A stretch of DNA of 64,000 nt from Bdellovibrionales bacterium (GCA_050250255.1 JBFWOZ010000005.1:24434-88433); one strand, 5' to 3'. Counted from the first letter of the stretch, positions 23,639 to 35,054 are shown. Numbers and translations are program-made. The notes: generated by a model not told the origin, from the letters alone.

Positions 23639-24115
23639 TCAGTTTGAAGGGGGATTGATTGACTTGACTAACTTAATCATTTCCAAAGCGACCTGAGCCG
23701 CCTCGTAACCTTTATTTCCATGTTTGCCCCCCGCGCGATCCAATGCCTGCTGTAAGTTTTCTGTTGTGATCACACCAAACGCGACCGGCTTTGTGAACTT
23801 CAATTGAAGTTCCGTACAACCGCGTTCAACCGCTTCACAGATAGACTCATAGTGAGTGGTTTCTCCGCGAATGACCGCCCCTAAGGCCACCACTGCATCA
23901 ACCCCCGATTGCAATAGCGCTTGTGCGGCTAACGGAATTTCAAATGCGCCAGGAACGCGAACCACTTGTGTTTGGGTAACTCCTGCTTCTGAAAGATATT
24001 GAAGGGCACCCGTTTCTAAAATTTCGGTAATTTGAGAGTTCCATCGCGCGGTTACAACACCCACACGCACATGAGGCATTTGAATTTTGGAAAATTCAGG
24101 GCGCAAATCGCTCAT
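23639..24115 (-). CDS. ribH: 6,7-dimethyl-8-ribityllumazine synthase
   Basis: 158 aa; contains VGVVTARWN and VPGAFEIPLAAQ. Confidence 0.93.
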   Translation of the reverse strand: MSDLRPEFSKIQMPHVRVGVVTARWNSQITEILETGALQYLSEAGVTQTQVVRVPGAFEIPLAAQALLQSGVDAVVALGAVIRGETTHYESICEAVERGCTELQLKFTKPVAFGVITTENLQQALDRAGGKHGNKGYEAAQVALEMIKLVKSINPPSN

Positions 24116-25353
24116 AGCTGCCCTTCAGGCGTCGGAGTCTCTTTCCAGGTATCAAGTCCGAGAAGATGACCTAATTTTTCTTTTTTTGCTGAGAGATAAG
24201 ATTTGTTTTGGCTGTTCCAGCCTGCTTCCAGAGGAACACGCTCAACGATTTCTAATCCGTAACCTTTGAGACCGATGCGTTTCGCGGGATTGTTCGTCAT
24301 CAAACGAATTTTTTGAAGACCCAATGAGCGTAAAATTTGAGCGCCAATTCCGTAATCACGACGATCCGCAGGGAATCCTAAATGAATGTTGGCCTCTACT
24401 GTGTCGAGACCAGAATCTTGTAGTTTGTAAGCTTTAATTTTATTTGCAAGTCCGATTCCACGACCTTCTTGTCGCAAATATAGAATAAGACCTGAGCCTT
24501 CTTTTTCAATAAATTGAATGGCTCGCTGAAGTTGAGGACCACAATCGCAGCGCAAACTTCCAAACACATCACCGGTCATACATTCTGAATGAACTCGTAC
24601 TAGAAACGGTTTATCAGCTTCAACTTCACCCTTTTGCAGTACAATATGCTCTGAATCATCAAGGAGATTTTTAAATACTCGAACCTGAAACCCTTCTCCC
24701 CATTGTGTAGGTAGACGAGCCTCGGCAACCTCAGTCACCAGACTTTCATTTTGTACTCGATAACGAATCAAATCGACGATCGTTCCAATTTTAATATTAA
24801 ATTTCGTAGCGAAAGCTTTGAGATCTGGCAAACGAGCCATTGTTCCATCTTCATTCATGATTTCACAAATGACGGCAGCAGGGTTTAGTCCAGCAAGACG
24901 AACCACATCCACACTCGCTTCCGTATGCCCGGCTCTTTTTAAAACACCACCAGATTGAGCACGAATAGGAAAAATATGTCCTGGAGTAATAATGTCCGAA
25001 GGAACAGCATCAGGATTTGCAGCCACACGAATCGTATGCGCACGGTCAGCCGCAGAAATACCAGTTGTTACGCCTTTTGATGCTTCAATGCTGACGGTAA
25101 AAGCAGTGCGATTAGGTGAGAAGTTCAGTTCTTCACGTACCATCAAGGGAAGATTTAATTTTTTGGCATGGTCTGCAGTGACACTGAGACAAATAAGCCC
25201 GCGAGCTTCTTTGGACATAAAGTTGATAAATGCAGGTGTGATGGCATCGGCAGCAATAACCAGATCACCCTCGTTCTCTCGATCTTCGTCATCAACTAAA
25301 ATGACCATGCGGCCATTTTTAATGTCTTCAATGATTTCTGTAACGCTATTCAA
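24112..25353 (-). CDS. ribBA: Bifunctional 3,4-dihydroxy-2-butanone-4-phosphate synthase / GTP cyclohydrolase II
   Basis: 413 aa. The N-terminal DHBPS half has [11 protein letters not shown] and the C-terminal GCHII half has [24 protein letters not shown]. Confidence 0.94.
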   Translation of the reverse strand: MNSVTEIIEDIKNGRMVILVDDEDRENEGDLVIAADAITPAFINFMSKEARGLICLSVTADHAKKLNLPLMVREELNFSPNRTAFTVSIEASKGVTTGISAADRAHTIRVAANPDAVPSDIITPGHIFPIRAQSGGVLKRAGHTEASVDVVRLAGLNPAAVICEIMNEDGTMARLPDLKAFATKFNIKIGTIVDLIRYRVQNESLVTEVAEARLPTQWGEGFQVRVFKNLLDDSEHIVLQKGEVEADKPFLVRVHSECMTGDVFGSLRCDCGPQLQRAIQFIEKEGSGLILYLRQEGRGIGLANKIKAYKLQDSGLDTVEANIHLGFPADRRDYGIGAQILRSLGLQKIRLMTNNPAKRIGLKGYGLEIVERVPLEAGWNSQNKSYLSAKKEKLGHLLGLDTWKETPTPEGQL

Positions 25354-25969
25354 AATCTACTCCGTCCAACCCGCCAGGACTTTGTCGCTTAAAATTAATC
25401 AGCGCGCGCGCCATGCAATCTACTTCAATGTTCACATAATCGCCCGTTTGCAAAGTGGGGAGGTTGGTTCGGCGAAGGGTCTCAGGAATAAGGCAAACTT
25501 CAATTTGATCGCCTTCGATTTTGTTCACCGTGAGGCTTACCCCATTGAGAGTCACACTTCCTTTTTTCCAAATGTACGGAACAGTCTCAGTAGGTGCTTG
25601 AACTTTTAAAATCAGTGATTCTCCCTGACGGAGAGATTCTTTTACCTGAGCAACACCATCCACGTGACCGAGCACCATATGACCGTGCATACGATCACCT
25701 AAACGAAGAGATCGCTCGACATTCACTGGCTTTTTGCTTTGTAAGTCGTTGCCCCAAGTGGTGAGATGCAAAGTTTCAGGGCCAATTGTAAATTCAATTT
25801 GTTCAGGTGAAATAGATTCGACGGTCAGACAAGTACCGTTAACAGAAATGCTATCCCCTAAAGAAACATCATCAAAAATAAAGGGACGTTCGATGATGAG
25901 TTTACTGACATTCTCTTGGGTTTCGAGCGATAAGATGCGCGTTTGACCTTCAACTATACCTGAAAACAT
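25346..25969 (-). CDS. ribE: Riboflavin synthase alpha chain
   Basis: MFSGIVEG start (the track ORF extends 10 codons further, to 25999) and duplicated lumazine-binding halves (SVNGTCLTV / TLNGVSLTV). Confidence 0.92.
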   Translation of the reverse strand: MFSGIVEGQTRILSLETQENVSKLIIERPFIFDDVSLGDSISVNGTCLTVESISPEQIEFTIGPETLHLTTWGNDLQSKKPVNVERSLRLGDRMHGHMVLGHVDGVAQVKESLRQGESLILKVQAPTETVPYIWKKGSVTLNGVSLTVNKIEGDQIEVCLIPETLRRTNLPTLQTGDYVNIEVDCMARALINFKRQSPGGLDGVDFE

Positions 25970-26028
25970 TTCGAGACTATAACTCCATTGACATATCACG
26001 TCAATGGAGCAATCGAAATTCTTAGGGT

Positions 26029-27939
26029 TTAATCAACGAAAGTAATGAGGCGCAGGGTGGTTTCTAACATATTGTTAGTGTTGATGTTTTCGCCAGGTAC
26101 GGGCAAAATTTCAATCTGCATAGGATAGTTTGGATTAGGAGAAGTCGCCTCTTCAAGAAGCCAGGTCGCTTCCATCACAACTTCACCCCCTGCTGGGACC
26201 TCAGATGTGCGTGTTGAAGAGATTGCAGCAAGGTTCTTCCATTTTTCATCCAAAAGATTGTCTGGGGTTAAATCTATGCGAATTTTTGCCTGAGGAATTT
26301 CTGCCGGTACCAAGCCAGAATTATGAACGCGAAATTTCACTCGAACGTCATTACCGCCCTCTTCAACCCACACAAATTCAGGTAGAATTGCCAAATCCGG
26401 CTGTAAGGAGCGCACGGACCCTTTCCATTTCACTGTCTCTCTTGTAATGGGTGAGCGAGATTTCAACTTATTTGCAACCACACGCCAGGCTTCATATCCC
26501 GTGTCGTTCCATACTTTGGGTCCGATCGGAACTCCCATTTCGCGAAGTCGCAAAAAGAAATCCAAAATACCTCTCGTGCTCGAAATAGAATAATTTTGAA
26601 TCAAAGAAAGTGGTTGTCCGCCCACCTTGATGGAGACAATTGGATCCGTTTTATTGTGATCAATGACCATTTCAAGATTGCTCATTTTAAGAGGGAGTTT
26701 CGCTTTAGCAAAAACACTCATGAGTGCTCGCAAAACATACCCGCGCACATTATAAGTGAGAATGGTCCACGCTTTTTTGTTTTCGTTTTGATAAACATGT
26801 GGAAATAAATTGAAAAGATCAGCCGTGTGATTCCAACCTTTCAAAAGGTCAGAGCTGGAAAACATCGGCGTATCAAATGCAACGTCTGTCTGGCCGACTT
26901 CACGAAGAGCATCAACGCTTAGTTGACCTAACCAATCATTTGTAAAAAGATCGTTCGCAATCGCCAATTCCACTTCACTAAAAACAACATTATCACTAAA
27001 AATCGGGCCGCCAAATTGCTGTTCTATTTTTTTCTCTGCGAGGCCTACCAGCTGCATCACTTGTGGATTAGCTGGTACGGAGCTGTCGATATGATGAAGG
27101 GTGTGTCGTGTTACCGAAATCGCACCGCTGTCAGCGATATTGAACTCGTACTCACCTAAGAACTCTCCCCATTTTCCGACATGAAAAATAGGTACATGAT
27201 TTTGGTAGAATGGTTCTTTAAGAAGAAGATGTGAGTGCCCACCAATAATCACATCGATGCCAGGAATACGCGCCAGCATTTTATCTTGCCCATACCCTAA
27301 GTGAGTCAACGCAATGACTACATCACATCGTTCCACCGCACGAAGATGTTGTACGTAATTTGATGCCGTTGTGAACGGATCTACAATTTTCACCGGCGCA
27401 AAAAAATGATCAAAGATCACTTGAAAGGTTGAAAGACCTAAAATTCCAATCTTTTTTCCGCCCACATATTTGATCGTGTAGGGTTTAATCACCTGCTCTA
27501 ACGGAACCTGAGGGGAAAGACCTTGAAAATTGAGGTTCGCACTAATCACGGGAGTTTTCATGTTGGCTTTTAAAAATGCATCGTAAAGCTCATTAGGACC
27601 AACAAGCCAATCATGATTTCCTAAGACCAGAGCATCGTAGTTAAACGTCTGAAGAAGAGTCTGTGTCTGCGCACCTGAATCAAGAGTAAAGAAAATATTG
27701 CCTTCGCTCCAATCACCCGCATCAAGCAAAAGCGTATTGGGAGTCGTCTGGCGAAGTTGATCGATTTTAGTTTTCAATCTCGCAAAACCGCCAAGTCCTC
27801 TGACAGATTGTCGGCTTGTAAAATGACTATGAAGATCACTGGTATGGAGAATAGTGAATTTTGTGTCAGCGAATGCGGTAGAGCTTGCGACCAGGATACA
27901 AAACACTAGGATGTCGTACAGTCGGCAAAAGCGTATCAT
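26029..27939 (-). CDS. Secreted metallophosphoesterase / 5'-nucleotidase family protein with a C-terminal extension
   Basis: Contains the motifs HTSDLHSH, DAGDWSEGN, GNHDW and GGHSH. The likely start is the internal Met preceding a signal peptide (MIRFCRLYDILVFCILVASSTAFA); the track ORF starts at 27993. Confidence 0.85.
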   Translation of the reverse strand: MIRFCRLYDILVFCILVASSTAFADTKFTILHTSDLHSHFTSRQSVRGLGGFARLKTKIDQLRQTTPNTLLLDAGDWSEGNIFFTLDSGAQTQTLLQTFNYDALVLGNHDWLVGPNELYDAFLKANMKTPVISANLNFQGLSPQVPLEQVIKPYTIKYVGGKKIGILGLSTFQVIFDHFFAPVKIVDPFTTASNYVQHLRAVERCDVVIALTHLGYGQDKMLARIPGIDVIIGGHSHLLLKEPFYQNHVPIFHVGKWGEFLGEYEFNIADSGAISVTRHTLHHIDSSVPANPQVMQLVGLAEKKIEQQFGGPIFSDNVVFSEVELAIANDLFTNDWLGQLSVDALREVGQTDVAFDTPMFSSSDLLKGWNHTADLFNLFPHVYQNENKKAWTILTYNVRGYVLRALMSVFAKAKLPLKMSNLEMVIDHNKTDPIVSIKVGGQPLSLIQNYSISSTRGILDFFLRLREMGVPIGPKVWNDTGYEAWRVVANKLKSRSPITRETVKWKGSVRSLQPDLAILPEFVWVEEGGNDVRVKFRVHNSGLVPAEIPQAKIRIDLTPDNLLDEKWKNLAAISSTRTSEVPAGGEVVMEATWLLEEATSPNPNYPMQIEILPVPGENINTNNMLETTLRLITFVD

Positions 27940-28014
27940 GTTCCCCCTAAGCCCTCTAAGATCCCGAGGGCTATCGATGCTTATTTCTTTCAATAGTTTA
28001 GAAAGGTCAATCCT

Positions 28015-29022
28015 TTACTTTTGAGTCGATTGTGGCTCGGGTTTAAATTGCTTTAAACGTACAGCAGCACCAGACATAACGCGTTCAAAAGTCGGTCGTT
28101 CAATCTGGGCGGTGCTTACAGAATAATCATCGTAAACTTCACCAAGAGTGATTACGGCTGTCGGTACACCAGGTCGTTGATCGATGCGGTAAGAAAGTGG
28201 TGATTCGCAAGGCTGATTATTATCTTCCCACTCGTAAATTTGGTTGTGCACGGTCAACACGTCCCCAACTTGAAGACCTGCATTTTTACCTGCGTTGATA
28301 ATAATGGCGATGTCTTTGTCTTTGATCACTTGTGATTCCCAAGTCACTTCCGCAAGTTTTGTAGATAGCTTTGCGAGAGCTTTTTCGACCGCCGAACGAC
28401 CCACTTTTTCTAATGGAGTTTGGAAGTAAAATTCAGGACCAGCTTGGAATCCCTTAAAGTTGATATTCGCGTTGATTCTCGTCTTTGTTTCGTTGGATGT
28501 CGAAGAGGAAATCGCTTTGTAATACAGAGTGAGAGGGTCATATGCACGAAGAGTTAATCCCATCTGTGCTGTATCCACCTTTACGGTGCCATCCACTGAA
28601 ATTCCGCCTAGATCACCATCTGGTGAGTAACCAAATCGCATTCCGAAGGAAGAAAGAAACTCGAAGTGAGTGACATCTCCATTGATATTAAACAATGGGG
28701 CATTTCGCACGCAAGTAGGTGCGTCTTCGTCTGTTGCCTCCATAATATCCATCTCGTTCATTTTCGGTACACGGCCAGCTAAGTAAAAATCAGCATGATT
28801 TTGGACAACTTCTTCGAGCTGCGTACTTACGGGTACAGAAAAGTCCACAACTACGCCACCAGGTGCTTGAAATTTTTGAGATTTCACACCTACTACTCCT
28901 ACACCCATTTGCAGTTTGCGAACGGCACCTGCAAGGGGTTGTTCGCAACTTTGGTTTGCCATAAGAGGGAGCGCGAGGGCGACAACACCAACTGCTCTTG
29001 TAAATGGATTCAATTTTTTCAT
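28015..29022 (-). CDS. Exported protein, possible CsgG/LpoB-like fold (tentative)
   Basis: AAGGAG RBS 6 nt before the ATG at 29022 (the track start at 29046 is less likely). Signal peptide MKKLNPFTRAVGVVALALPLMANQSC. By-eye similarity to the core of the upstream 678-aa protein. Confidence 0.75.
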   Translation of the reverse strand: MKKLNPFTRAVGVVALALPLMANQSCEQPLAGAVRKLQMGVGVVGVKSQKFQAPGGVVVDFSVPVSTQLEEVVQNHADFYLAGRVPKMNEMDIMEATDEDAPTCVRNAPLFNINGDVTHFEFLSSFGMRFGYSPDGDLGGISVDGTVKVDTAQMGLTLRAYDPLTLYYKAISSSTSNETKTRINANINFKGFQAGPEFYFQTPLEKVGRSAVEKALAKLSTKLAEVTWESQVIKDKDIAIIINAGKNAGLQVGDVLTVHNQIYEWEDNNQPCESPLSYRIDQRPGVPTAVITLGEVYDDYSVSTAQIERPTFERVMSGAAVRLKQFKPEPQSTQK

Positions 29023-29042
29023 AAAAACTCCTTTAGATTGTC

Positions 29043-31079
29043 TCATTTTTTTGATGCTTTTAAATTTGTCTGGTTTAATTGTTTAATAAATTCTTCCACC
29101 ACTCCACGACCGGCTTTCGCAAGTCGCACTTTCGAACCAAGGCCACCAACTTTATAATCATCTTTTGATTCTGCAGCTTCGATTACACCTTCCACACCCG
29201 ATTGACTGGCAACGAAAACTTTTTTACCTGCACGCACACAGAGTTCGAGTCCCATTTTATAGGCTTCGCTCTCAATTGCTGGTTGAAAAGGCACAACGAC
29301 GTACTGGATATCTTCGCGCTTCGAAGCATATTCTAGAGCCTGATAAAGAGTGGCACTATGAGTATCTCCTCTTGGGCCAAAAACTTTTAAAGGCACGAGA
29401 GTGAATGGCACCTTGATTTGCTTTTCCATCAAGAGAGCCGCGGCCGTTCCCATTCCTAAATCATCCGATGGACGCTTATCCCAGGAAATAAAATCAAAAC
29501 CACTGTTTTCAAGATGCGATTTTAATTTCTCTTCTTTTGGTGACACGCCCGAGGCAATAAGAGCGATTTTAGGTGCCGCACTTAACGCCGCTAATTTTTG
29601 CGTAGACAGTTTTTGATCTAAAGAGTCAAAAGGTTGATCCAAAACTGTTTTGTAACGGATGTAACCATACACCCACAAAATGTTCATCAGCCAACGCTCA
29701 ATCATACCGGGCTGTTTTCCTGCACAAAGGTTCGCGATAGGAGCCACGTCTTCTGGCAATGAAATTTGACCAAGATCTTTTGTACCTAAAGAAATGCTTT
29801 GAGTCGAAGAGTCCCCAACCGCCGCAAGAGTTCTAAAAGAAGCTTCTGGTTCTCCCCAAACGTTAACACCTAACACATGGAAACGGAGAGGCTCGCCAAC
29901 AAAAGGTTTATAAACATTTGTCGATTCAGGACGAATGAGAGAGGCTTGTGCAAAACTTTTTGTGATTGTATAGACAGAACCTAACCCTGAAATAAGCTGC
30001 ATCCCTTCGGTAAGGCCCTCATCAAAGCCACCCGGAATGATCCACTGAGCTTCATCAAACTTTGCTGTAATGTCTGTTTGCCAAAGCACTGTTGGGAGTT
30101 CTTTTTCAAAATTTTCTACAATGGTAGGTAGAAGTTGCGCGAGAGATTGTCGTAGCGTTTTACGCTTTTGAATTTCCACTCCCACTAAAATTCCTGAATA
30201 TTGAGCGCCAATATAGAGATCTCGTCCAGAACCTTTGAGCTCAAAACGATACTCCCTTTTGTAGTTCAACTCAGGAGCCTCGACTTCAAACACAATTTCG
30301 GATTTCACTTCAAAAGTTTTTTTACGAAAACCAAATCCGTATCCAAGGATAGAGAATGTTACGCCCTCATCTGCATCAAAACCAAAGTTTGAACGGCCGG
30401 GGCCAAAACCTTCGGGCTCCATTTGGCCCGAAAAGAAATCCACCACTGAACAAAGTTTTCCACTGCTTTCCTCAGGAATAGCCGAAAGCTGAGGCTTTTT
30501 AATGAACTCATTATCCTTTGCGCCTTCGCGCCCTTCGTTAAAAGGATTGATGCGATCTGGAGCAAATCCGTAAACAGCTCTATTACTTCTCTCGCCAGAA
30601 GCATAGAGCAAAGTTTCTACACGAGGTCGGATGAAAAGTTGGGCTTCACGACGTGATACAGCTTGCATCAGCACCGAAGCCTCCTTTTGAGAGAACACAC
30701 TCATATCTCCTGAGGAGGAACTTAAAGGAGAAATTTCTGAACGAGCTTGAGTATCGCGTAGATAAGTGAATTCCATCCCAGGAAGTCGCTCGGCTAACTC
30801 TTGAAGAACCTGATCGACACGTTCTTCTGCTTGAAAGGTTTGTGTCGAAAAAAGCGAAGCTCCACCAGAGCCAGTTAAAATCAAATAACGATCTGTTAAA
30901 TAAAGCGTCTCTGAGACTAAGTGAGAAACCTCGACACCATGACGAAGTCGCTCACCATCCATAAATGTAAGCCAACGGTCTTCTGTAGGCTCCACACGCA
31001 CACGTACCTTTGGCTTCGCCTCTTGTGCGAAAGACCAGGTACTGACTAAAATGAGAGCGCTAAAAATAATCGTCTTCAT
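29043..31079 (-). CDS. Exported 678-aa protein; core paralogous to the downstream gene plus a C-terminal degenerate subtilase-like domain
   Basis: Signal peptide MKTIIFSALILVSTWSFAQE. The C-terminal ~170 aa align by eye to the subtilisin D/H/N regions but with the catalytic residues replaced (see findings). Confidence 0.8.
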   Translation of the reverse strand: MKTIIFSALILVSTWSFAQEAKPKVRVRVEPTEDRWLTFMDGERLRHGVEVSHLVSETLYLTDRYLILTGSGGASLFSTQTFQAEERVDQVLQELAERLPGMEFTYLRDTQARSEISPLSSSSGDMSVFSQKEASVLMQAVSRREAQLFIRPRVETLLYASGERSNRAVYGFAPDRINPFNEGREGAKDNEFIKKPQLSAIPEESSGKLCSVVDFFSGQMEPEGFGPGRSNFGFDADEGVTFSILGYGFGFRKKTFEVKSEIVFEVEAPELNYKREYRFELKGSGRDLYIGAQYSGILVGVEIQKRKTLRQSLAQLLPTIVENFEKELPTVLWQTDITAKFDEAQWIIPGGFDEGLTEGMQLISGLGSVYTITKSFAQASLIRPESTNVYKPFVGEPLRFHVLGVNVWGEPEASFRTLAAVGDSSTQSISLGTKDLGQISLPEDVAPIANLCAGKQPGMIERWLMNILWVYGYIRYKTVLDQPFDSLDQKLSTQKLAALSAAPKIALIASGVSPKEEKLKSHLENSGFDFISWDKRPSDDLGMGTAAALLMEKQIKVPFTLVPLKVFGPRGDTHSATLYQALEYASKREDIQYVVVPFQPAIESEAYKMGLELCVRAGKKVFVASQSGVEGVIEAAESKDDYKVGGLGSKVRLAKAGRGVVEEFIKQLNQTNLKASKK

Positions 31080-31536
31080 ACTTCTCCAAAAGGACCGTCC
31101 AGAGATCTTTGTCTTAAGACGTAGATACCAGTCGGAGTGCGGATTTCAGGACTGAAGTGGGCAATTTGACCCTCTAAAGTCTCGTCGAAGATAAGCACTC
31201 GCCACCAAAGTCCGACAAAAAATCTGGACCTTCAACGAGAGCATTACGCTGTGTGCTTTGTTTCAAAAGGACCTAGACTAGCCCAATTGTTTAACCCGAA
31301 CTCCTCCATGAGATTCCATCAAGTATAGAACTGTTCGATGATCTCTTCACGAAGAGGGCAAATATTGAAAATGCTAGACGAATTCGAAATTAATCTCAGA
31401 GCGAGACAAGCCAAGTCTGCAGAAAATTTAACTATTTTTTAAAACGTAATTTGAAAAAAAATATTCTCACTAGAACATCAACACTCTGAAGAACAATTCC
31501 TCTCAACGCGATTTCAATCAGTTTAATGTTGAATCC

Positions 31537-32394
31537 TTACGGCGTTTGCAGAAAACGTGCAACCTCACGATTGTCACGATCACAATGTTTGCCCGTACGG
31601 CGCACCCAAGTCATAGAGGGCACGCGAGCCTCTTGAGCAAGACGCGCAAAGCTTTCGCTCCCTTCAAAAAAGCCAAATTCATCGGTGTCGCCACAGGTAA
31701 TATAAAGAGGAGGAGTTTGGGCTCCTAACTTCGTCTTCGCTAGTAACAAAGGGTTGGACTGATCCCAATCCTCTTTATCCTTGTGAAAAATTCTCTGCAT
31801 AAACATACCCCACCAAATATTCGATTTTTTTGCGCCACTTCTCGTGAGGAATTCTTGCACTTCCTCTTTTTTAGCAAATGGTGAGAGAGGCAAAATCGCT
31901 GGACATGCTAGCACTACTTTGTCGAAAAGCTCTGGCTTCTTCATCACAAGTTGAGTCGCGTTGAAACCACCCATAGACATTGAGAGAATTAATCTTCGCC
32001 CAGTCACTCCACCCATTTTCGTTTCTAAAAATGGCATTATGCCGTCTATAAAATAGTCGAAGAGACTACTCGTAGATTTTTTATTTTTCTCAGCCAAAAT
32101 CCAAATGGGGCCAAAATTGATCGACACCACTCGGGGCATTGGAATCCCCATAGCTCTCCACTCGGCGCGAAACTCTTTCCACTTTTTCAAGTATTCTTTT
32201 TCGTTCCCACCGGCGCCGTGAAAATAATAAATCACATCAGGATTGTTACTGGTGATTTGGGAGTGAATACAATAAGCAAACTTCTTATTAAGACTAAACC
32301 ATTCACACGTTGAATGAATATCTGAATCTTCACCAGCAAAAACAAATGAATTTAAGAAGAATATGGCAAGAAAAAGTCCCCATTTCACACGCAC
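31537..32394 (-). CDS. Secreted esterase (alpha/beta hydrolase, putative-esterase family)
   Basis: 285 aa with a signal peptide, FHGAGGN, nucleophile elbow LSMSMGGF, and a C-terminal D...H. Confidence 0.8.
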   Translation of the reverse strand: MRVKWGLFLAIFFLNSFVFAGEDSDIHSTCEWFSLNKKFAYCIHSQITSNNPDVIYYFHGAGGNEKEYLKKWKEFRAEWRAMGIPMPRVVSINFGPIWILAEKNKKSTSSLFDYFIDGIMPFLETKMGGVTGRRLILSMSMGGFNATQLVMKKPELFDKVVLACPAILPLSPFAKKEEVQEFLTRSGAKKSNIWWGMFMQRIFHKDKEDWDQSNPLLLAKTKLGAQTPPLYITCGDTDEFGFFEGSESFARLAQEARVPSMTWVRRTGKHCDRDNREVARFLQTP

Positions 32395-32462
32395 CTCATA
32401 TCTCTATTTTAAAAAGAGGTGAGGTGCATCACAAGGACAGTTTTGAGAAAGCCGACTCGGCT

Positions 32463-35054
32463 TTAATCTACATCCTCTATATGGATTTCATTGTTTTTGA
32501 TGACGAAATGGACTTTATCCCCAGCAATGGTTTCGTGAGAAATCACCTTCTTTGCGAGATGGTTCAGTATGTGTGTTTGAATCGCTCGCTTGAGGGGACG
32601 GGCTCCATAAACAGGATCAAAGCCCACGTTCGCGAGGTAGTTATATACTTCCTCATCAAAGAAGAGGTGAATATTTTTTTCTGCCAACCGTTCAGTGGCC
32701 TTTTGTACCTGAATCTTCACGATGTCTTTAATAATCTCTTTTTCTAGAGGGTGGAAAATCACGGTCTCATCAATACGGTTGAGAAACTCTGGCCGGAAAT
32801 GAGTTTTCACGGCCTCAAGCACAGCACTTTCTTTTTGCTTCGCTGTAAGCGCTTCGTTTACGAGACTTTGTGATCCGAGATTAGAAGTCATAATCAAAAC
32901 GGTGTTTCGGAAATCAACCGTGCGCCCCTGCCCGTCTGTCAAACGGCCATCATCTAAAACCTGCAAGAGAACATTGAATACGTCGGGATGTGCTTTTTCA
33001 ATTTCATCAAAAAGAACAACGGCGTAAGGGCGGCGGCGTACCACTTCTGTGAGCTGCCCACCTTCATCGTAACCTACGTATCCCGGAGGTGCACCGATCA
33101 AACGAGAAACCGAGTGTTTCTCCATATATTCGCTCATATCAATTCGCACGAGAGCTTGTTCGGTATCAAAAAGGAATTCTGCTAAACCTTTTGCCGTCTC
33201 AGTTTTCCCTACACCCGTAGGTCCTAAAAATAAAAAGCTACCAATAGGCCGGTTCGGGTCTGATATTTCCGCGCGTGATCTGCGAACGGCATCGGCTACC
33301 AAGCGAAGAGCGTGGTCTTGACCTACAACTCTTTTGCTCAAAGCTTTTTCCATTTCTAAAAGTTTTTGAGCTTCGGCTTCTAACATTTTACTGACAGGGA
33401 TACCCGTCCATTTCGAAACCACTTCCGCGATTTCTTCAGGCCCTACTTCTTCTTTCAACATCGATTTTTTGTCGGCACCCTGACGTACCACTAAGCGCTG
33501 GTTTGATTCGGCTAATTTTTTTTCTAAAGCGGGGAGCTTTCCGTACTTGAGCTCTGCAGCTTTTTCCAGCTCACCGTGACGCTCGGCTTTTTCAATTTCT
33601 CCACGTAAAGTTTCAATTTGTTGTTTATATTCTTTTAAGCCAACAATATCTGCTCGTTCAGCTTCCCACTGAGCGCGCAACTGATGCGCTTCTTCTTGAA
33701 GGTCGGCAATTCGCTGTTCAAGGTGCGTCAGTTTGTCTTTAGAGCCGTGGTCACTTTCGCGCTTCAAGGCTTCCCGCTCAATTTGCAAATGAATGAGCTT
33801 GCGTTCAATTTCATCAATTGCAACCGGAATGCTCCCAATCTCGATACGGAGTTTGCTGGCGGCTTCATCCACAAGATCAATCGCTTTGTCTGGTAAAAAA
33901 CGCGAAGTGATGTAGCGATTCGATAAAGCGGCCGCCGATACAAGAGCTGAATCGGTAATTCGAACGCCATGATGAACTTCATATTTTTCTTTAAGCCCGC
34001 GCAGAATGGTAACGGTATCTTCCACACTTGGTTCTTTGACAATCACGGGCTGGAACCGACGCTCCAGTGCCGCATCTTTTTCGATATATTTTCTATATTC
34101 ATCTAAAGTCGTCGCGCCGATACAACGCAAGTCGCCACGTGCAAGCGCTGGTTTTAAGAGCTGGCCCGCATCCATAGCTCCATCGGCTTTACCGGCTCCC
34201 ACAAGCGTGTGAAGCTCATCGATAAAGAGAATCATCTCCCCTTCACTGGAGGTCACTTCTTTAATAACCGCCTTTAAACGATCTTCAAATTCTCCGCGAT
34301 ATTTTGCGCCTGCGATCAAGGCACCCATATCAAGAGACAAAAGTTTTTTATTTAAAAGAGTGTCAGGTACATCGTTTTTTATAATTCTTAAAGCCAGGCC
34401 CTCCGCAATGGCCGTTTTTCCCACACCAGGTTCACCAATTAAGACAGGATTGTTTTTTGTTCTTCGTGACAAGACCTGTACGACACGACGAATTTCTTCA
34501 TCGCGACCAATCACGGGATCTAATTTATTGTTAGCCGCAAGCTCAGTTAAGTCGCGCGCATATTTTTTGAGGACTTCATATTTAGCTTCAGGGTGATCGT
34601 CAGTGACCTTTTGATTACCTCGCATCGTCTTGAGGACAGGTTCTACTTTTTCCCGCGAGAGCCCTACTTCCTGCAACATTTTTTTACCATCAGCAGTAGG
34701 GGCATGAAGAAAAGCTAAGAGAATATGTTCAGTGGAAATGTAGGAATCCCCCATCAGCTTGGCTTCTTCCTCCGCCCGGCGCAAAATTTTAGCGGCTTGT
34801 GAACTTAAACCCACTTTCGAAGACTCACCCGAAGCTCGAGGGAGGCGATCTAGTTGTTTCTGGAGGGTTTGTTTTAATGTTGAAAGCTGCCCACCCGATC
34901 TTTCAATCAAGCTCGGCACAATGCCCTCAGACTGCTCTAATAAAGCGAGGAAAAGATGCTCCGGTTCAACCACAGGATTCTGCAAAGATTCCGCAGTTTG
35001 CACAGCCGTATTGATGACTTCTTGGCTCTTTTGCGTCAACTTGTCTAGATTCAT
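32463..35054 (-). CDS. clpB: ATP-dependent chaperone ClpB
   Basis: 863 aa with two AAA+ modules ([10 protein letters not shown] and GPTGVGKTE) and a middle coiled-coil domain. Confidence 0.97.
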   Translation of the reverse strand: MNLDKLTQKSQEVINTAVQTAESLQNPVVEPEHLFLALLEQSEGIVPSLIERSGGQLSTLKQTLQKQLDRLPRASGESSKVGLSSQAAKILRRAEEEAKLMGDSYISTEHILLAFLHAPTADGKKMLQEVGLSREKVEPVLKTMRGNQKVTDDHPEAKYEVLKKYARDLTELAANNKLDPVIGRDEEIRRVVQVLSRRTKNNPVLIGEPGVGKTAIAEGLALRIIKNDVPDTLLNKKLLSLDMGALIAGAKYRGEFEDRLKAVIKEVTSSEGEMILFIDELHTLVGAGKADGAMDAGQLLKPALARGDLRCIGATTLDEYRKYIEKDAALERRFQPVIVKEPSVEDTVTILRGLKEKYEVHHGVRITDSALVSAAALSNRYITSRFLPDKAIDLVDEAASKLRIEIGSIPVAIDEIERKLIHLQIEREALKRESDHGSKDKLTHLEQRIADLQEEAHQLRAQWEAERADIVGLKEYKQQIETLRGEIEKAERHGELEKAAELKYGKLPALEKKLAESNQRLVVRQGADKKSMLKEEVGPEEIAEVVSKWTGIPVSKMLEAEAQKLLEMEKALSKRVVGQDHALRLVADAVRRSRAEISDPNRPIGSFLFLGPTGVGKTETAKGLAEFLFDTEQALVRIDMSEYMEKHSVSRLIGAPPGYVGYDEGGQLTEVVRRRPYAVVLFDEIEKAHPDVFNVLLQVLDDGRLTDGQGRTVDFRNTVLIMTSNLGSQSLVNEALTAKQKESAVLEAVKTHFRPEFLNRIDETVIFHPLEKEIIKDIVKIQVQKATERLAEKNIHLFFDEEVYNYLANVGFDPVYGARPLKRAIQTHILNHLAKKVISHETIAGDKVHFVIKNNEIHIEDVD

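Noticed and set aside
24992-25609. 205-aa plus-strand ORF
   Set aside because: It lies entirely antisense to ribBA/ribE, which have unambiguous enzyme motifs. It is Ser/Ala/Arg-rich, as is typical of a shadow frame, and has no RBS.
25970-26028. Expected FMN (RFN) riboswitch upstream of the rib operon
   Set aside because: Only about 30-60 nt separate ribE from the upstream gene, which is too short for the ~140-nt element. No RFN-like conserved helices were seen.
31085-31200. L,D-transpeptidase-like fragment (RTPTGIYVL) on the minus strand
   Set aside because: It is a short match interrupted by stops and lacks the catalytic HG...SHGC(I/V)R motif. It is mentioned only as possible gene decay.
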